In this document: piece after piece, positions 11,751 to 27,200 of the stretch
How positions within the stretch are numbered: position 1 is the first letter of the stretch
Layout of the letters: each line of letters opens with the position of its first letter
NCBI GenBank assembly: GCA_964057225.1
Contig: OZ059898.1
Coordinates: 17,856,001 to 17,920,000, forward strand
From: Auanema rhodensis
Taxonomy: Eukaryota > Animalia > Nematoda
Length of the DNA stretch: 64,000 nucleotides
Direction: 5' to 3'
Made by a program: the position numbers and the translations under genes
Notes under the pieces: model-generated
Databases searched by the model: none
What the model was told of the DNA's origin: nothing
The model's input: only the letters and a program-made list of their open reading frames with translations

Positions 11751-14700
11751 GTGTATTTTGAGTTTCCATGTACACTCAACATTGCTTCCAAAAACATTTT
11801 GACAAAAATTTTTTCGAAAAATTTCAAAATAATTTCGCAAAAAGTAAATGTTTTTAAATTTCTTTTTTCAAGGCAAAGACGATGAACAATGTTATTCAAC
11901 GAAAAAATTAATTCTTCAGGGTGAAAATCGAGGATATAAGTGTGAGCTTATATCAGTTGATATCTCGGTGCATTTTTAAGCTAGCGCAAATCTGATAACA
12001 CAGATCGATGCAGCTTAAAAATCCGCATCGAATGCACTATACTACATTGAGAAACGCTTTATACAAAAATTAGTTATGATCGTTTGGAAAATGATGCAAT
12101 AGTGTATTTTGAGTTTCCATGTACACTCAACATTGCTTCCAAAAACATTTTGACAAAAATTTTTTCGAAAAATTTCAAAATAATTTCGCAAAAAGTAAAT
12201 GTTTTTAGATTCTTTTTTTTAAGGCAAGAACGATGGACAATGTTATTCAACGAAAAAATTAATTCTTCAGGGTGAAAATCGAGGATATAAGTGTGAGCTT
12301 ATATCAGTTGATATCTCGGTGCATTTTTAAGCTAGCGCAAATCTGATAACACAGATCGACGCAGCTTAAAAATCCGCATCGAATGCACTATACTACATCG
12401 AGAAACGCTTGATATAAAAAATAGTTATGATCGTTTGAAAAATGATGCATTAGTGTTTTTTGAGTTTCCATGTAAACTCAACATTGCTTCCAAAAACATT
12501 TTGACAAAAATTTTTTCGAAAAATTTCAAAATAATTTCGCAAAAAGTAGATGTTTTTAGATTTTTTTTTTCAAGGCAAAGACGATGGACAATGTTATTCA
12601 ACGAAAAAATTAATTCTTCAGGGTGAAAATCGAGGATATAAGTGTGAGCTTATATCAGTTGATATCTCGGTGCATTTTCAAGCTAGCGCAAATCTAATAA
12701 CACAGATCGACGCAGCTTAAAAATCCGCATCGAATGCACTATACTACATTGAGAAACGCTTGATATAAAAATTAGTTATGATCGTTTGAAAAATGATGCA
12801 TTAGTGTTTTTTGAGTTTCCATGTACACTCAACATTGCTTCCAAAAACATTTTGACAAAAATTTTTTCGAAAAATTTCAAAATAATTTCGCAAAAAGTAA
12901 ATGTTTTTAGATTTCTTTTTTCAAGGCAAAGACGATGGACGATGTTATTCAACAAAAAAATTAATTCTTCAGGGTGAAAATCGAGGATATAAGTGTGAGC
13001 TTATATCAGTTGATATCTCGGTGCATTTTTAAGCTAGCGCAAATCTGATAACACAGATCGATGCAGCTTAAAAATCCGCATCGAATGCACTATACTACAT
13101 TAAGAAACGCTTGATACAAAAATTAGTTATGATCGTTTGAAAAATGATGCATTAGTGTATTTTGAGTTTCCATGTACACTCAACATTGCTTCCAAAAACA
13201 TTTTGACAAAAATTTTTTCGAAAAATTTCAAAATAATTTCGCAAAAAGTAAATGTTTTTAAATTTCTTTTTTCAAGGCAAAGACGATGAACAATGTTATT
13301 CAACGAAAAAATTAATTCTTCAGGGTGAAAATCGAGGATATAAGTGTGAGCTTATATCAGTTGATATCTCGGTGCATTTTTAAGCTAGCGCAAATCTGAT
13401 AACACAGATCGATGCAGCTTAAAAATCCGCATCGAATGCACTATACTACATTGAGAAACGCTTGATACAAAAATTAGTTATGATCGTTTGAAAAATGATG
13501 CATTAGTGTATTTTGAGTTTCCATGTACACTCAACATTGCTTCCAAAAACATTTTGACAAAAATTTTTTCGAAAAATTTCAAAATAATTTCGCAAAAAGT
13601 AAATGTTTTTAAATTTCTTTTTTCAAGGCAAAGACGATGAACAATGTTATTCAACGAAAAAATTAATTCTTCAGGGTGAAAATCGAGGATATAAGTGTGA
13701 GCTTATATCAGTTGATATCTCGGTGCATTTTTAAGCTAGCGCAAATCTGATAACACAGATCGATGCAGCTTAAAAATCCGCATCGAATGCACTATACTAC
13801 ATTGAGAAACGCTTGATACAAAAATTAGTTATGATCGTTTGAAAAATGATGCATTAGTGTTTTTTGAGTTTCCATGTACACTCAACATTGCTTCCAAAAA
13901 CATTTTGACAAAAATTTTTTCGAAAAATTTCAAAATAATTTCGCAAAAAGTAGATGTTTTTAGATTTTTTTTTTCAAGGCAAAGACGATGGACAATGTTA
14001 TTCAACGAAAAAATTAATTCTTCAGGGTGAAAATCGAGGATATAAGTGTGAGCTTATATCAGTTGATATCTCGGTGCATTTTCAAGCTAGCGCAAATCTA
14101 ATAACACAGATCGACGCAGCTTAAAAATCCGCATCGAATGCACTATACTACATTGAGAAACGCTTGATACAAAAATTAGTTATGATCGTTTGAAAAATGA
14201 TGCATTAGTGTTTTTTGAGTTTCCATGTACACTCAACATTGCTTCCAAAAACATTTTGACAAAAATTTTTTCGAAAAATTTCAAAATAATTTCGCAAAAA
14301 GTAAATGTTTTTAGATTTCTTTTTTCAAGGCAAAGACGATGGACGATGTTATTCAACAAAAAAATTAATTCTTCAGGGTGAAAATCGAGGATATAAGTGT
14401 GAACTTATATCAGTTGATATCTCGGTGCATTTTTAAGCTAGCGCAAATCTGATAACACAGATCGACGCAGCTTAAAAATCCGCATCGAATGCACTATACT
14501 ACATTGAGAAACGCTTGATACAAAAATTAGTTATGATCGTTTGAAAAATGATGCATTAGTGTATTTTGAGTTTCCATGTACACTCAACATTGCTTCCAAA
14601 AACATTTTGACAAACATTTTTCCGAAAAATTTCAAAATAATTTCGCAAAAAGTAGATGTTTTTCAATTTTATTTTTTAAGGCAAAGACGATGGACAATGT

Positions 14701-15591
14701 TATTCAACGAAAAATTTAATTCTTCAGGGTGAAAATCGAGGATATAAGTGTGAACTTATATCAGTTGATATCTCGGTGCATTTTTAAGCTAGCGCAAATC
14801 TGATAACACAGATCGACGCAGCTTAAAATTCTGCATCGAATGCACTATACTACATTGAGAAACGCTTAATACAAAAATTAGTTATGATCGTTTGGAAAAT
14901 GATGCATTAGTGTATTTTGAGTTTCCATGTACACTCAACATTGCTTCCAAAAACATTTTGACCAAAATTTTTTCGAAAAATTTCAGAATAATTTAGCAAA
15001 AAGTAGATGTTTTTAGATTTTTTTTTTAAGGCAAAGACGATGGACAATGTTATTCAACGAAAAAATTAATTCTTCAGGGTGAAAATCGAGGATATAAGTG
15101 TGAGCTTATATCGGTTGATATCTCAGTGCATTTTTACGCTAGCGCAAATATGATAACACAGATCGACGCAGCTTAAAAATCCGCATCGAATGCACTATAC
15201 TACATTGAGAAACGCTTGATACAAAAATTAGTTATGATCGTTTGGAAAATGATGCATTAGTGTATGTTGAGTTTCCATGTACACTCAACAATGCTTCCAA
15301 AAACATTTTGACAAAAATTTTTTCGAAAAATTTCAGAATAAATTAGCAAAAAGTAGATGTTTTTAGATTTTTTTTTTAAGGCAAAGACGATGGACAATGT
15401 TATTCAACGAAAAAATTAATTCTTCAGGGTGAAAATCGAGGATATAAGTGTGAGCTTATATCGGTTGATATCTCGGTGCATTTTTACGCTAGCGCAAATC
15501 TAATAACACAGATCGACGCAGCTTAAAAATCCGCATCGAATGCACTATACTACATTGAGAAACGCTTGATATAAAAATTAGTTATGATCGT

Positions 15592-18500
15592 TTGAAAAAT
15601 GATGCATTAGTGTTTTTTGAGTTTCCATGTACACTCAACATTGCTTCCAAAAATATTTTGACAAAAATTTTTTCGAAAAATTTCATAATAATTTCGCAAA
15701 AAGTAGATGTTTTTAGATTTTTTTTTTCAAGGCAAAAACGATGGACAATGTTATTCAACGAAAAAATTAATTCTTCAGGGTGAAAATCGAGGATATAAGT
15801 GTGAGCTTATATCAGTTGATATCTCGGTGCATTTTTAAGCTAGCGCAAATCTGATAACACAGATCGATGCAGCTTAAAAATCCGCATCGAATGCACTATA
15901 CTACATTGAGAAACGCTTGATACAAAAATTAGTTATGATCGTTTGGAAAATGATGCATTAGTGTATTTTGAGTTTCCATGTACACTCAACATTGCTTCCA
16001 AAAACATTTTGACAAAAATTTTTTCGAAAAATTTCAAAATAATTTCGCAAAAAGTAAATGTTTTTAGATTCTTTTTTTTAAGGCAAAAACGATGGACAAT
16101 GTTATTCAACGAAAAAATTAATTCTTCAGGGTGAAAATCGAGGATATAAGTGTGAGCTTATATCAGTTGATATCTCGGTGCATTTTTAAGCTAGCGCAAA
16201 TCTGATAACACAGATCGACGCAGCTTAAAAATCCGCATCGAATGCACTATACTACATTGAGAAACGCTTGATATTAAAATTAGTTATGATCGTTTGAAAA
16301 ATGATGCATTAGTGTTTTTTGAGTTTCCATGTACACTCAACATTGCTTCCAAAAACATTTTGACAAAAATTTTTTCGAAAAATTTCAAAATAATTTCGCA
16401 AAAAGTAGATGTTTTTAGATTTTTTTTTTCAAGGCAAAGACGATGGACAATGTTATTCAACGAAAAAATTAATTCTTCAGGGTGAAAATCGAGGATATAA
16501 GTGTGAGCTTATATCAGTTGATATCTCGGTGCATTTTCAAGCTAGCGCAAATCTAATAACACAGATCGACGCAGCTTAAAAATCCGCATCGAATGCACTA
16601 TACTACATTGAGAAACGCTTGATACAAAAATTAGTTATGATCGTTTGGAAAATGATGCATTAGTGTATTTTGAGTTTCCATGTACACTCAACATTGCTTC
16701 CAAAAACATTTTGACAAACATTTTTCCGAAAAATTTCAAAATAATTTCGCAAAAAGTAGATGTTTTTCAATTTTATTTTTCAAGGCAAAGACGATGGACA
16801 ATGTTATTCAACGAAAAATTTAATTCTTCAGGGTGAAAATCGAGGATATAAGTGTGAACTTATATCAGTTGATATCTCGGTGCATTTTTAAGCTAGCGCA
16901 AATCTGATAACACAGATCGACGCAGCTTAAAAATCCGCATCGAATGCACTATACTACATTGAGAAACGCTTGATACAAAAATTAGTTATGATCGTTTGAA
17001 AAATGATGCATTAGTGTTTTTTGAGTTTCCATGTACACTCAACATTGCTTCCAAAAACATTTTGACAAAAATTTTTTCGAAAAATTTCAGAATAATTTAG
17101 CAAAAAGTAGATGTTTTTAAATTTTTTTTTTCAAGGCAAAGACGATGGACAATGTTATTCAACGAAAAAATTAATTCTTCAGGGTGAAAATCGAAGATAT
17201 AAGTGTGAACTTATATCAGTTGATATCTCGGTGCACTTTTAAGCTAGCGCAAATCTGATAACACAGATCGACGCAGCTTAAAAATCAGCATCGAATGCAC
17301 TATACTACATTGAGAAACGCTTAATACAAAAATTAGTTATGATCGTTTGGAAAATGATGCATTAGTGTATGTTGAGTTTCCATGTACACTCAACATTGCT
17401 TCCAAAAACATTTTGACAAAAATTTTTTCGAAAAATTTCAGAATAATTTAGCAAAAAGTAGATGTTTTTAGATTTTTTTTTTTAAGGCAAAGACGATGGA
17501 CAATGTTATTCAACGAAAAAATTAATTCTTCAGGGTGAAAATCGAGGATATAAGTGTGAGCTTATATCGGTTGATATCTCGGTGCATTTTTACGCTAGCG
17601 CAAATCTAATAACACAGATCGACGCAGCTTAAAAATCCGCATCGAATGCACTATACTACATTGAGAAACGCTTCATACAAAAATTAGTTATGATCGTTTG
17701 AAAAATGATGCATTAGTGTTTTTTGAGTTTCCATGTACACTCAACATTGCTTCCAAAAATATTTTGACAAAAATTTTTTCGAAAAATTTCATAATAATTT
17801 CGCAAAAAGTAGATGTTTTTAGATTTTTTTTTTCAAGGCAAAAACGATGGACAATGTTATTCAACGAAAAAATTAATTCTTCAGGGTGAAAATCGAGGAT
17901 ATAAGTGTGAGCTTATATCAGTTGATATCTCGGTGCATTTTTAAGCTAGCGCAAATCTGATAACACAGATCGATGCAGCTTAAAAATCCGCATCGAATGC
18001 ACTATACTACATTGAGAAACGCTTGATACAAAAATTAGTTATGATCGTTTGGAAAATGATGCATTAGTGTATTTTGAGTTTCCATGTACACTCAACATTG
18101 CTTCCAAAAACATTTTGACAAAAATTTTTTCGAAAAATTTCAAAATAATTTCGCAAAAAGTAAATGTTTTTAGATTCTTTTTTTTAAGGCAAAAACGATG
18201 GACAATGTTATTCAACGAAAAAATTAATTCTTCAGGGTGAAAATCGAGGATATAAGTGTGAGCTTATATCAGTTGATATCTCGGTGCATTTTTAAGCTAG
18301 CGCAAATCTGATAACACAGATCGACGCAGCTTAAAAATCCGCATCGAATGCACTATACTACATTGAGAAACGCTTGATATTAAAATTAGTTATGATCGTT
18401 TGAAAAATGATGCATTAGTGTTTTTTGAGTTTCCATGTACACTCAACATTGCTTCCAAAAACATTTTGACAAAAATTTTTTCGAAAAATTTCAAAATAAT

Positions 18501-19803
18501 TTCGCAAAAAGTAGATGTTTTTAGATTTTTTTTTTCAAGGCAAAGACGATGGACAATGTTATTCAACGAAAAAATTAATTCTTCAGGGTGAAAATCGAGG
18601 ATATAAGTGTGAGCTTATATCAGTTGATATCTCGGTGCATTTTCAAGCTAGCGCAAATCTAATAACACAGATCGACGCAGCTTAAAAATCCGCATCGAAT
18701 GCACTATACTACATTGAGAAACGCTTGATACAAAAATTAGTTATGATCGTTTGGAAAATGATGCATTAGTGTATTTTGAGTTTCCATGTACACTCAACAT
18801 TGCTTCCAAAAACATTTTGACAAACATTTTTCCGAAAAATTTCAAAATAATTTCGCAAAAAGTAGATGTTTTTCAATTTTATTTTTCAAGGCAAAGACGA
18901 TGGACAATGTTATTCAACGAAAAATTTAATTCTTCAGGGTGAAAATCGAGGATATAAGTGTGAACTTATATCAGTTGATATCTCGGTGCATTTTTAAGCT
19001 AGCGCAAATCTGATAACACAGATCGACGCAGCTTAAAAATCCGCATCGAATGCACTATACTACATTGAGAAACGCTTGATACAAAAATTAGTTATGATCG
19101 TTTGAAAAATGATGCATTAGTGTTTTTTGAGTTTCCATGTACACTCAACATTGCTTCCAAAAACATTTTGACAAAAATTTTTTCGAAAAATTTCAGAATA
19201 ATTTAGCAAAAAGTAGATGTTTTTAAATTTTTTTTTTCAAGGCAAAGACGATGGACAATGTTATTCAACGAAAAAATTAATTCTTCAGGGTGAAAATCGA
19301 AGATATAAGTGTGAACTTATATCAGTTGATATCTCGGTGCACTTTTAAGCTAGCGCAAATCTGATAACACAGATCGACGCAGCTTAAAAATCAGCATCGA
19401 ATGCACTATACTACATTGAGAAACGCTTAATACAAAAATTAGTTATGATCGTTTGGAAAATGATGCATTAGTGTATGTTGAGTTTCCATGTACACTCAAC
19501 ATTGCTTCCAAAAACATTTTGACAAAAATTTTTTCGAAAAATTTCAGAATAATTTAGCAAAAAGTAGATGTTTTTAGATTTTTTTTTTTAAGGCAAAGAC
19601 GATGGACAATGTTATTCAACGAAAAAATTAATTCTTCAGGGTGAAAATCGAGGATATAAGTGTGAGCTTATATCGGTTGATATCTCGGTGCATTTTTACG
19701 CTAGCGCAAATCTAATAACACAGATCGACGCAGCTTAAAAATCCGCATCGAATGCACTATACTACATTGAGAAACGCTTCATACAAAAATTAGTTATGAT
19801 CGT
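15592..19803 (+). repeat. 6-mer higher-order repeat (2106 bp), two copies
   Basis: Matching variant monomers at 15592/17698 (tttcataata), 15943/18049, 16294/18400 (preceded by gatattaaaat) and 16645/18751. The variant gcttcatac occurs at ~17670 and ~19776. Confidence 0.9.
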
Positions 19804-21207
19804 TTGAAAAATGATGCATTAGTGTTTTTTGAGTTTCCATGTACACTCAACATTGCTTCCAAAAATATTTTGACAAAAATTTTTTCGAAAAATTTCAAAA
19901 TAATTTCGCAAAAAGTAAATGTTTTTAAATTTTTTTTTTCAAGGCAAAGACGATGAACAATGTTATTCAACGAAAAAATTAATTCTTCAGGGTGAAAATC
20001 GAGGATATAAGTGTGAGCTTATATCAGTTGATATCTCGGTGCATTTTTAAGCTAGCGCAAATCTGATAACACAGATCGATGCAGCTTAAAAATCCGCATC
20101 GAATGCACTATACTACATTGAGAAACGCTTGATACAAAAATTAGTTATGATCGTTTGAAAAATGATGCATTAGTGTATTTTGAGTTTCCATGTACACTCA
20201 ACATTGCTTCCAAAAACATTTTGACAAACATTTTTCCGAAAAATTTCAAAATAATTTCGCAAAAAGTAGATGTTTTTCAATTTTATTTTTCAAGGCAAAG
20301 ACGATGGACAATGTTATTCAACGAAAAATTTAATTCTTCAGGGTGAAAATCGAGGATATAAGTAAGAACTTATATCAGTTGATATCTCGGTGCATTTTTA
20401 AGCTAGCGCAAATCTGATAACACAGATCGACGCAGCTTAAAATTCTGCATCGAATGCACTATACTACATTGAGAAACGCTTAATACAAAAATTAGTTATG
20501 ATCGTTTGGAAAATGATGCATTAGTGTATGTTGAGTTTCCATGTACACTCAACATTGCTTCCAAAAACATTTTGACAAAAATTTTTTCGAAAAATTTCAG
20601 AATAATTTAGCAAAAAGTAGATGTTTTTAAATTTTTTTTTTCAAGGCAAAGACGATGGACAATGTTATTCAACGAAAAAATTAATTCTTCAGGGTGAAAA
20701 TCGAAGATATAAGTGTGAACTTATATCAGTTGATATCTCGGTGCACTTTTAAGCTAGCGCAAATCTGATAACACAGATCGACGCAGCTTAAAAATCAGCA
20801 TCGAATGCACTATACTACATTGAGAAACGCTTAATACAAAAATTAGTTATGATCGTTTGGAAAATGATGCATTAGTGTATGTTGAGTTTCCATGTACACT
20901 CAACATTGCTTCCAAAAACATTTTGACAAAAATTTTTTCGAAAAATTTCAGAATAATTTAGCAAAAAGTAGATGTTTTTAGATTTTTTTTTTCAAGGCAA
21001 AGACGATGGACAATGTTATTCAACGAAAAAATTAATTCTTCAGGGTGAAAATCGAGGATATAAGTGTGAGCTTATATCGGTTGATATCTCGGTGCATTTT
21101 TACGCTAGCGCAAATCTAATAACACAGATCGACGCAGCTTAAAAATCCGCATCGAATGCACTATACTACATTGAGAAACGCTTGATACAAAAATTAGTTA
21201 TGATCGT

Positions 21208-24200
21208 TTGAAAAATGATGCATTAGTGTTTTTTGAGTTTCCATGTACACTCAACATTGCTTCCAAAAATATTTTGACAAAAATTTTTTCGAAAAATTTC
21301 AAAATAATTTCGCAAAAAGTAGATGTTTTTAGATTTTTTTTTTCAAGGCAAAGACGATGGACAATGTTATTCAACGAAAAAATTAATTCTTCAGGGTGAA
21401 AATCGAGGATATAAGTGTGAGCTTATATCAGTTGATATCTCGGTGCATTTTCAAGCTAGCGCAAATCTAATAACACAGATCGACGCAGCTTAAAAATCCG
21501 CATCGAATGCACTATACTACATTGAGAAACGCTTGATACAAAAATTAGTTATGATCGTTTGAAAAATGATGCATTAGTGTTTTTTGAGTTTCCATGTACA
21601 CTCAACATTGCTTCCAAAAACATTTTGACAAAAATTTTTTCGAAAAATTTCAAAATAATTTCGCAAAAAGTAAATGTTTTTAGATTTCTTTTTTCAAGGC
21701 AAAGACGATGGACGATGTTATTCAACAAAAAAATTAATTCTTCAGGGTGAAAATCGAGGATATAAGTGTGAACTTATATCAGTTGATATCTCGGTGCATT
21801 TTTAAGCTAGCGCAAATCTGATAACACAGATCGACGCAGCTTAAAAATCCGCATCGAATGCACTATACTACATTGAGAAACGCTTGATACAAAAATTAGT
21901 TATGATCGTTTGAAAAATGATGCATTAGTGTATTTTGAGTTTCCATGTACACTCAACATTGCTTCCAAAAACATTTTGACAAACATTTTTCCGAAAAATT
22001 TCAAAATAATTTCGCAAAAAGTAGATGTTTATCAATTTTATTTTTCAAGGCTAAGACGATGGACAATGTTATTCAACGAAAAATTTAATTCTTCAGGGTG
22101 AAAATCGAGGATATAAGTGTGAACTTATATCAGTTGATATCTCGGTGCATTTTTAAGCTAGCGCAAATCTGATAACACAGATCGACGCAGCTTAAAATTC
22201 TGCATCGAATGCACTATACTACATTGAGAAACGCTTAATACAAAAATTAGTTATGATCGTTTGGAAAATGATGCATTAGTGTTTTTTGAGTTTCCATGTA
22301 CACTCAACATTGCTTCCAAAAACATTTTGACAAAAATTTTTTCGAAAAATTTCAAAATAATTTCGCAAAAAGTAGATGTTTTTAGATTTTTTTTTTCAAG
22401 GCAAAGACGATGGACAATGTTATTCAACGAAAAAATTAATTCTTCAGGGTGAAAATCGAGGATATAAGTGTGAGCTTATATCAGTTGATATCTCGGTGCA
22501 TTTTCAAGCTAGCGCAAATCTAATAACACAGATCGACGCAGCTTAAAAATCCGCATCGAATGCATTATACTACATTGAGAAACGCTTGATACAAAAATTA
22601 GTTATGATCGTTTGAAAAATGATGCATTAGTGTTTTTTGAGTTTCCATGTACACTCAACATTGCTTCCAAAAACATTTTGACAAAAATTTTTTCGAAAAA
22701 TTTCAAAATAATTTCGCAAAAAGTAAATGTTTTTAGATTTCTTTTTTCAAGGCAAAGACGATGGACGATGTTATTCAACAAAAAAATTAATTCTTCAGGG
22801 TGAAAATCGAGGATATAAGTGTGAGCTTATATCAGTTGATATCTCGGTGCATTTTCAAGCTAGCGCAAATCTAATAACACAGATCGACGCAGCTTAAAAA
22901 TCCGCATCGAATGCACTATACTACATTGAGAAACGCTTGATACAAAAATTAGTTATGATCGTTTGGAAAATGATGCATTAGTGTATGTTGAGTTTCCATG
23001 TACACTCAACATTGCTTCCAAAAACATTTTGACAAAAATTTTTTCGAAAAATTTCAAAATAATTTCGCAAAAAGTAGATGTTTTTCAATTTTATTTTTCA
23101 AGGCAAAGACGATGGACAATGTTATTCAACGAAAAATTTAATTCTTCAGGGTGAAAATCGAGGATATAAGTGTGAACTTATATCAGTTGATATCTCGGTG
23201 CATTTTTAAGCTAGCGCAAATCTGATAACACAGATCGACGCAGCTTAAAATTCTGCATCGAATGCACTATACTACATTGAGAAACGCTTAATACAAAAGT
23301 TAGTTATGATCGTTTGGAAAATGATGCATTAGTGTATGTTGAGTTTCCATGTACACTCAACATTGCTTCCAAAAACATTTTGACAAAAATTTTTTCGAAA
23401 AATTTCAGAATAATTTAGCAAAAAGTAGATGTTTTTAAATTTTTTTTTTCAAGGCAAAGACGATGGACAATGTTATTCAACGAAAAAATTAATTCTTCAG
23501 GGTGAAAATCGAGGATATAAGTGTGAACTTATATCAGTTGATATCTCGGTGCATTTTTAAGCTAGCGCAAATCTGATAACACAGATCGACGCAGCTTAAA
23601 AATCCGCATCGAATGCACTATACTACATTGAGAAACGCTTAATACAAAAATTTGTTATGATCGTTTGGAAAATGATGCATTAGTGTATGTTGAGTTTCCA
23701 TGTACACTCAACATTGCTTCCAAAAACATTTTGACAAAAATTTTTTCGTAAAATTTCAAAATAATTTCGCAAAAAGTAAATGTTTTTAAATTTTTTTTTT
23801 CAAGGCAAAGACGATGGACAATGTTATTCAACGAAAAAATTAATTCTTCAGGGTGAAAATCGAGGATATAAGTGTGAACTTATATCAGTTGATATCTCGG
23901 TGCATTTTTAAGCTAGCGCAAATCTGATAACACAGATCGACGCAGCTTAAAACTCCGCATCGAGTGCACTATACTACATTGAGAAACGCTTGATACAAAA
24001 ATTAGTTATGATCGTTTGAAAAATGATGCATTAGTGTTTTTTGAGTTTCCATGTACACTCAACATTGCTTCCAAAAATATTTTGACAAAAATTTTTTCGA
24101 AAAATTTCAAAATAATTTCGCAAAAAGTAGATGTTTTTAGATTTTTTTTTTCAAGGCAAAGACGATGGACAATGTTATTCAACGAAAAAATTAATTCTTC

Positions 24201-27200
24201 AGGGTGAAAATCGAGGATATAAGTGTGAGCTTATATCAGTTGATATCTCGGTGCATTTTCAAGCTAGCGCAAATCTAATAACACAGATCGACGCAGCTTA
24301 AAAATCCGCATCGAATGCACTATACTACATTGAGAAACGCTTGATACAAAAATTAGTTATGATCGTTTGAAAAATGATGCATTAGTGTTTTTTGAGTTTC
24401 CATGTACACTCAACATTGCTTCCAAAAACATTTTGACAAAAATTTTTTCGAAAAATTTCAAAATAATTTCGCAAAAAGTAAATGTTTTTAGATTTCTTTT
24501 TTCAAGGCAAAGACGATGGACGATGTTATTCAACAAAAAAATTAATTCTTCAGGGTGAAAATCGAGGATATAAGTGTGAACTTATATCAGTTGATATCTC
24601 GGTGCATTTTTAAGCTAGCGCAAATCTGATAACACAGATCGACGCAGCTTAAAAATCCGCATCGAATGCACTATACTACATTGAGAAACGCTTGATACAA
24701 AAATTAGTTATGATCGTTTGAAAAATGATGCATTAGTGTATTTTGAGTTTCCATGTACACTCAACATTGCTTCCAAAAACATTTTGACAAACATTTTTCC
24801 GAAAAATTTCAAAATAATTTCGCAAAAAGTAGATGTTTATCAATTTTATTTTTCAAGGCTAAGACGATGGACAATGTTATTCAACGAAAAATTTAATTCT
24901 TCAGGGTGAAAATCGAGGATATAAGTGTGAACTTATATCAGTTGATATCTCGGTGCATTTTTAAGCTAGCGCAAATCTGATAACACAGATCGACGCAGCT
25001 TAAAATTCTGCATCGAATGCACTATACTACATTGAGAAACGCTTAATACAAAAATTAGTTATGATCGTTTGGAAAATGATGCATTAGTGTTTTTTGAGTT
25101 TCCATGTACACTCAACATTGCTTCCAAAAACATTTTGACAAAAATTTTTTCGAAAAATTTCAAAATAATTTCGCAAAAAGTAGATGTTTTTAGATTTTTT
25201 TTTTCAAGGCAAAGACGATGGACAATGTTATTCAACGAAAAAATTAATTCTTCAGGGTGAAAATCGAGGATATAAGTGTGAGCTTATATCAGTTGATATC
25301 TCGGTGCATTTTCAAGCTAGCGCAAATCTAATAACACAGATCGACGCAGCTTAAAAATCCGCATCGAATGCACTATACTACATTGAGAAACGCTTGATAC
25401 AAAAATTAGTTATGATCGTTTGAAAAATGATGCATTAGTGTATTTTGAGTTTCCATGTACACTCAACATTGCTTCCAAAAACATTTTGACAAACATTTTT
25501 CCGAAAAATTTCAGAATAATTTAGCAAAAAGTAGATGTTTTTAGATTTTTTTTTTCAAGGCAAAGACGATGGACAATGTTATTCAACGAAAAAATTAATT
25601 CTTCAGGGTGAAAATCGAGGATATAAGTGTGAGCTTATATCGGTTGATATCTCGGTGCATTTTTACGCTAGCGCAAATCTAATAACACAGATCGACGCAG
25701 CTTAAAAATCCGCATCGAATGCACTATACTACATTGAGAAACGCTTGATACAAAAATTAGTTATGATCGTTTGAAAAATGATGCATTAGTGTTTTTTGAG
25801 TTTCCATGTACACTCAACATTGCTTCCAAAAATATTTTGACAAAAATTTTTTCGAAAAATTTCAAAATAATTTCGCAAAAAGTAGATGTTTTTAGATTTT
25901 TTTTTTCAAGGCAAAGACGATGGACAATGTTATTCAACGAAAAAATTAATTCTTCAGGGTGAAAATCGAGGATATAAGTGTGAGCTTATATCAGTTGATA
26001 TCTCGGTGCATTTTCAAGCTAGCGCAAATCTAATAACACAGATCGACGCAGCTTAAAAATCCGCATCGAATGCACTATACTACATTGAGAAACGCTTGAT
26101 ACAAAAATTAGTTATGATCGTTTGAAAAATGATGCATTAGTGTTTTTTGAGTTTCCATGTACACTCAACATTGCTTCCAAAAACATTTTGACAAAAATTT
26201 TTTCGAAAAATTTCAAAATAATTTCGCAAAAAGTAAATGTTTTTAGATTTCTTTTTTCAAGGCAAAGACGATGGACGATGTTATTCAACAAAAAAATTAA
26301 TTCTTCAGGGTGAAAATCGAGGATATAAGTGTGAACTTATATCAGTTGATATCTCGGTGCATTTTTAAGCTAGCGCAAATCTGATAACACAGATCGACGC
26401 AGCTTAAAAATCCGCATCGAATGCACTATACTACATTGAGAAACGCTTGATACAAAAATTAGTTATGATCGTTTGAAAAATGATGCATTAGTGTATTTTG
26501 AGTTTCCATGTACACTCAACATTGCTTCCAAAAACATTTTGACAAACATTTTTCCGAAAAATTTCAAAATAATTTCGCAAAAAGTAGATGTTTATCAATT
26601 TTATTTTTCAAGGCTAAGACGATGGACAATGTTATTCAACGAAAAATTTAATTCTTCAGGGTGAAAATCGAGGATATAAGTGTGAACTTATATCAGTTGA
26701 TATCTCGGTGCATTTTTAAGCTAGCGCAAATCTGATAACACAGATCGACGCAGCTTAAAATTCTGCATCGAATGCACTATACTACATTGAGAAACGCTTA
26801 ATACAAAAATTAGTTATGATCGTTTGGAAAATGATGCATTAGTGTTTTTTGAGTTTCCATGTACACTCAACATTGCTTCCAAAAACATTTTGACAAAAAT
26901 TTTTTCGAAAAATTTCAAAATAATTTCGCAAAAAGTAGATGTTTTTAGATTTTTTTTTTCAAGGCAAAGACGATGGACAATGTTATTCAACGAAAAAATT
27001 AATTCTTCAGGGTGAAAATCGAGGATATAAGTGTGAGCTTATATCAGTTGATATCTCGGTGCATTTTCAAGCTAGCGCAAATCTAATAACACAGATCGAC
27101 GCAGCTTAAAAATCCGCATCGAATGCACTATACTACATTGAGAAACGCTTGATACAAAAATTAGTTATGATCGTTTGAAAAATGATGCATTAGTGTTTTT

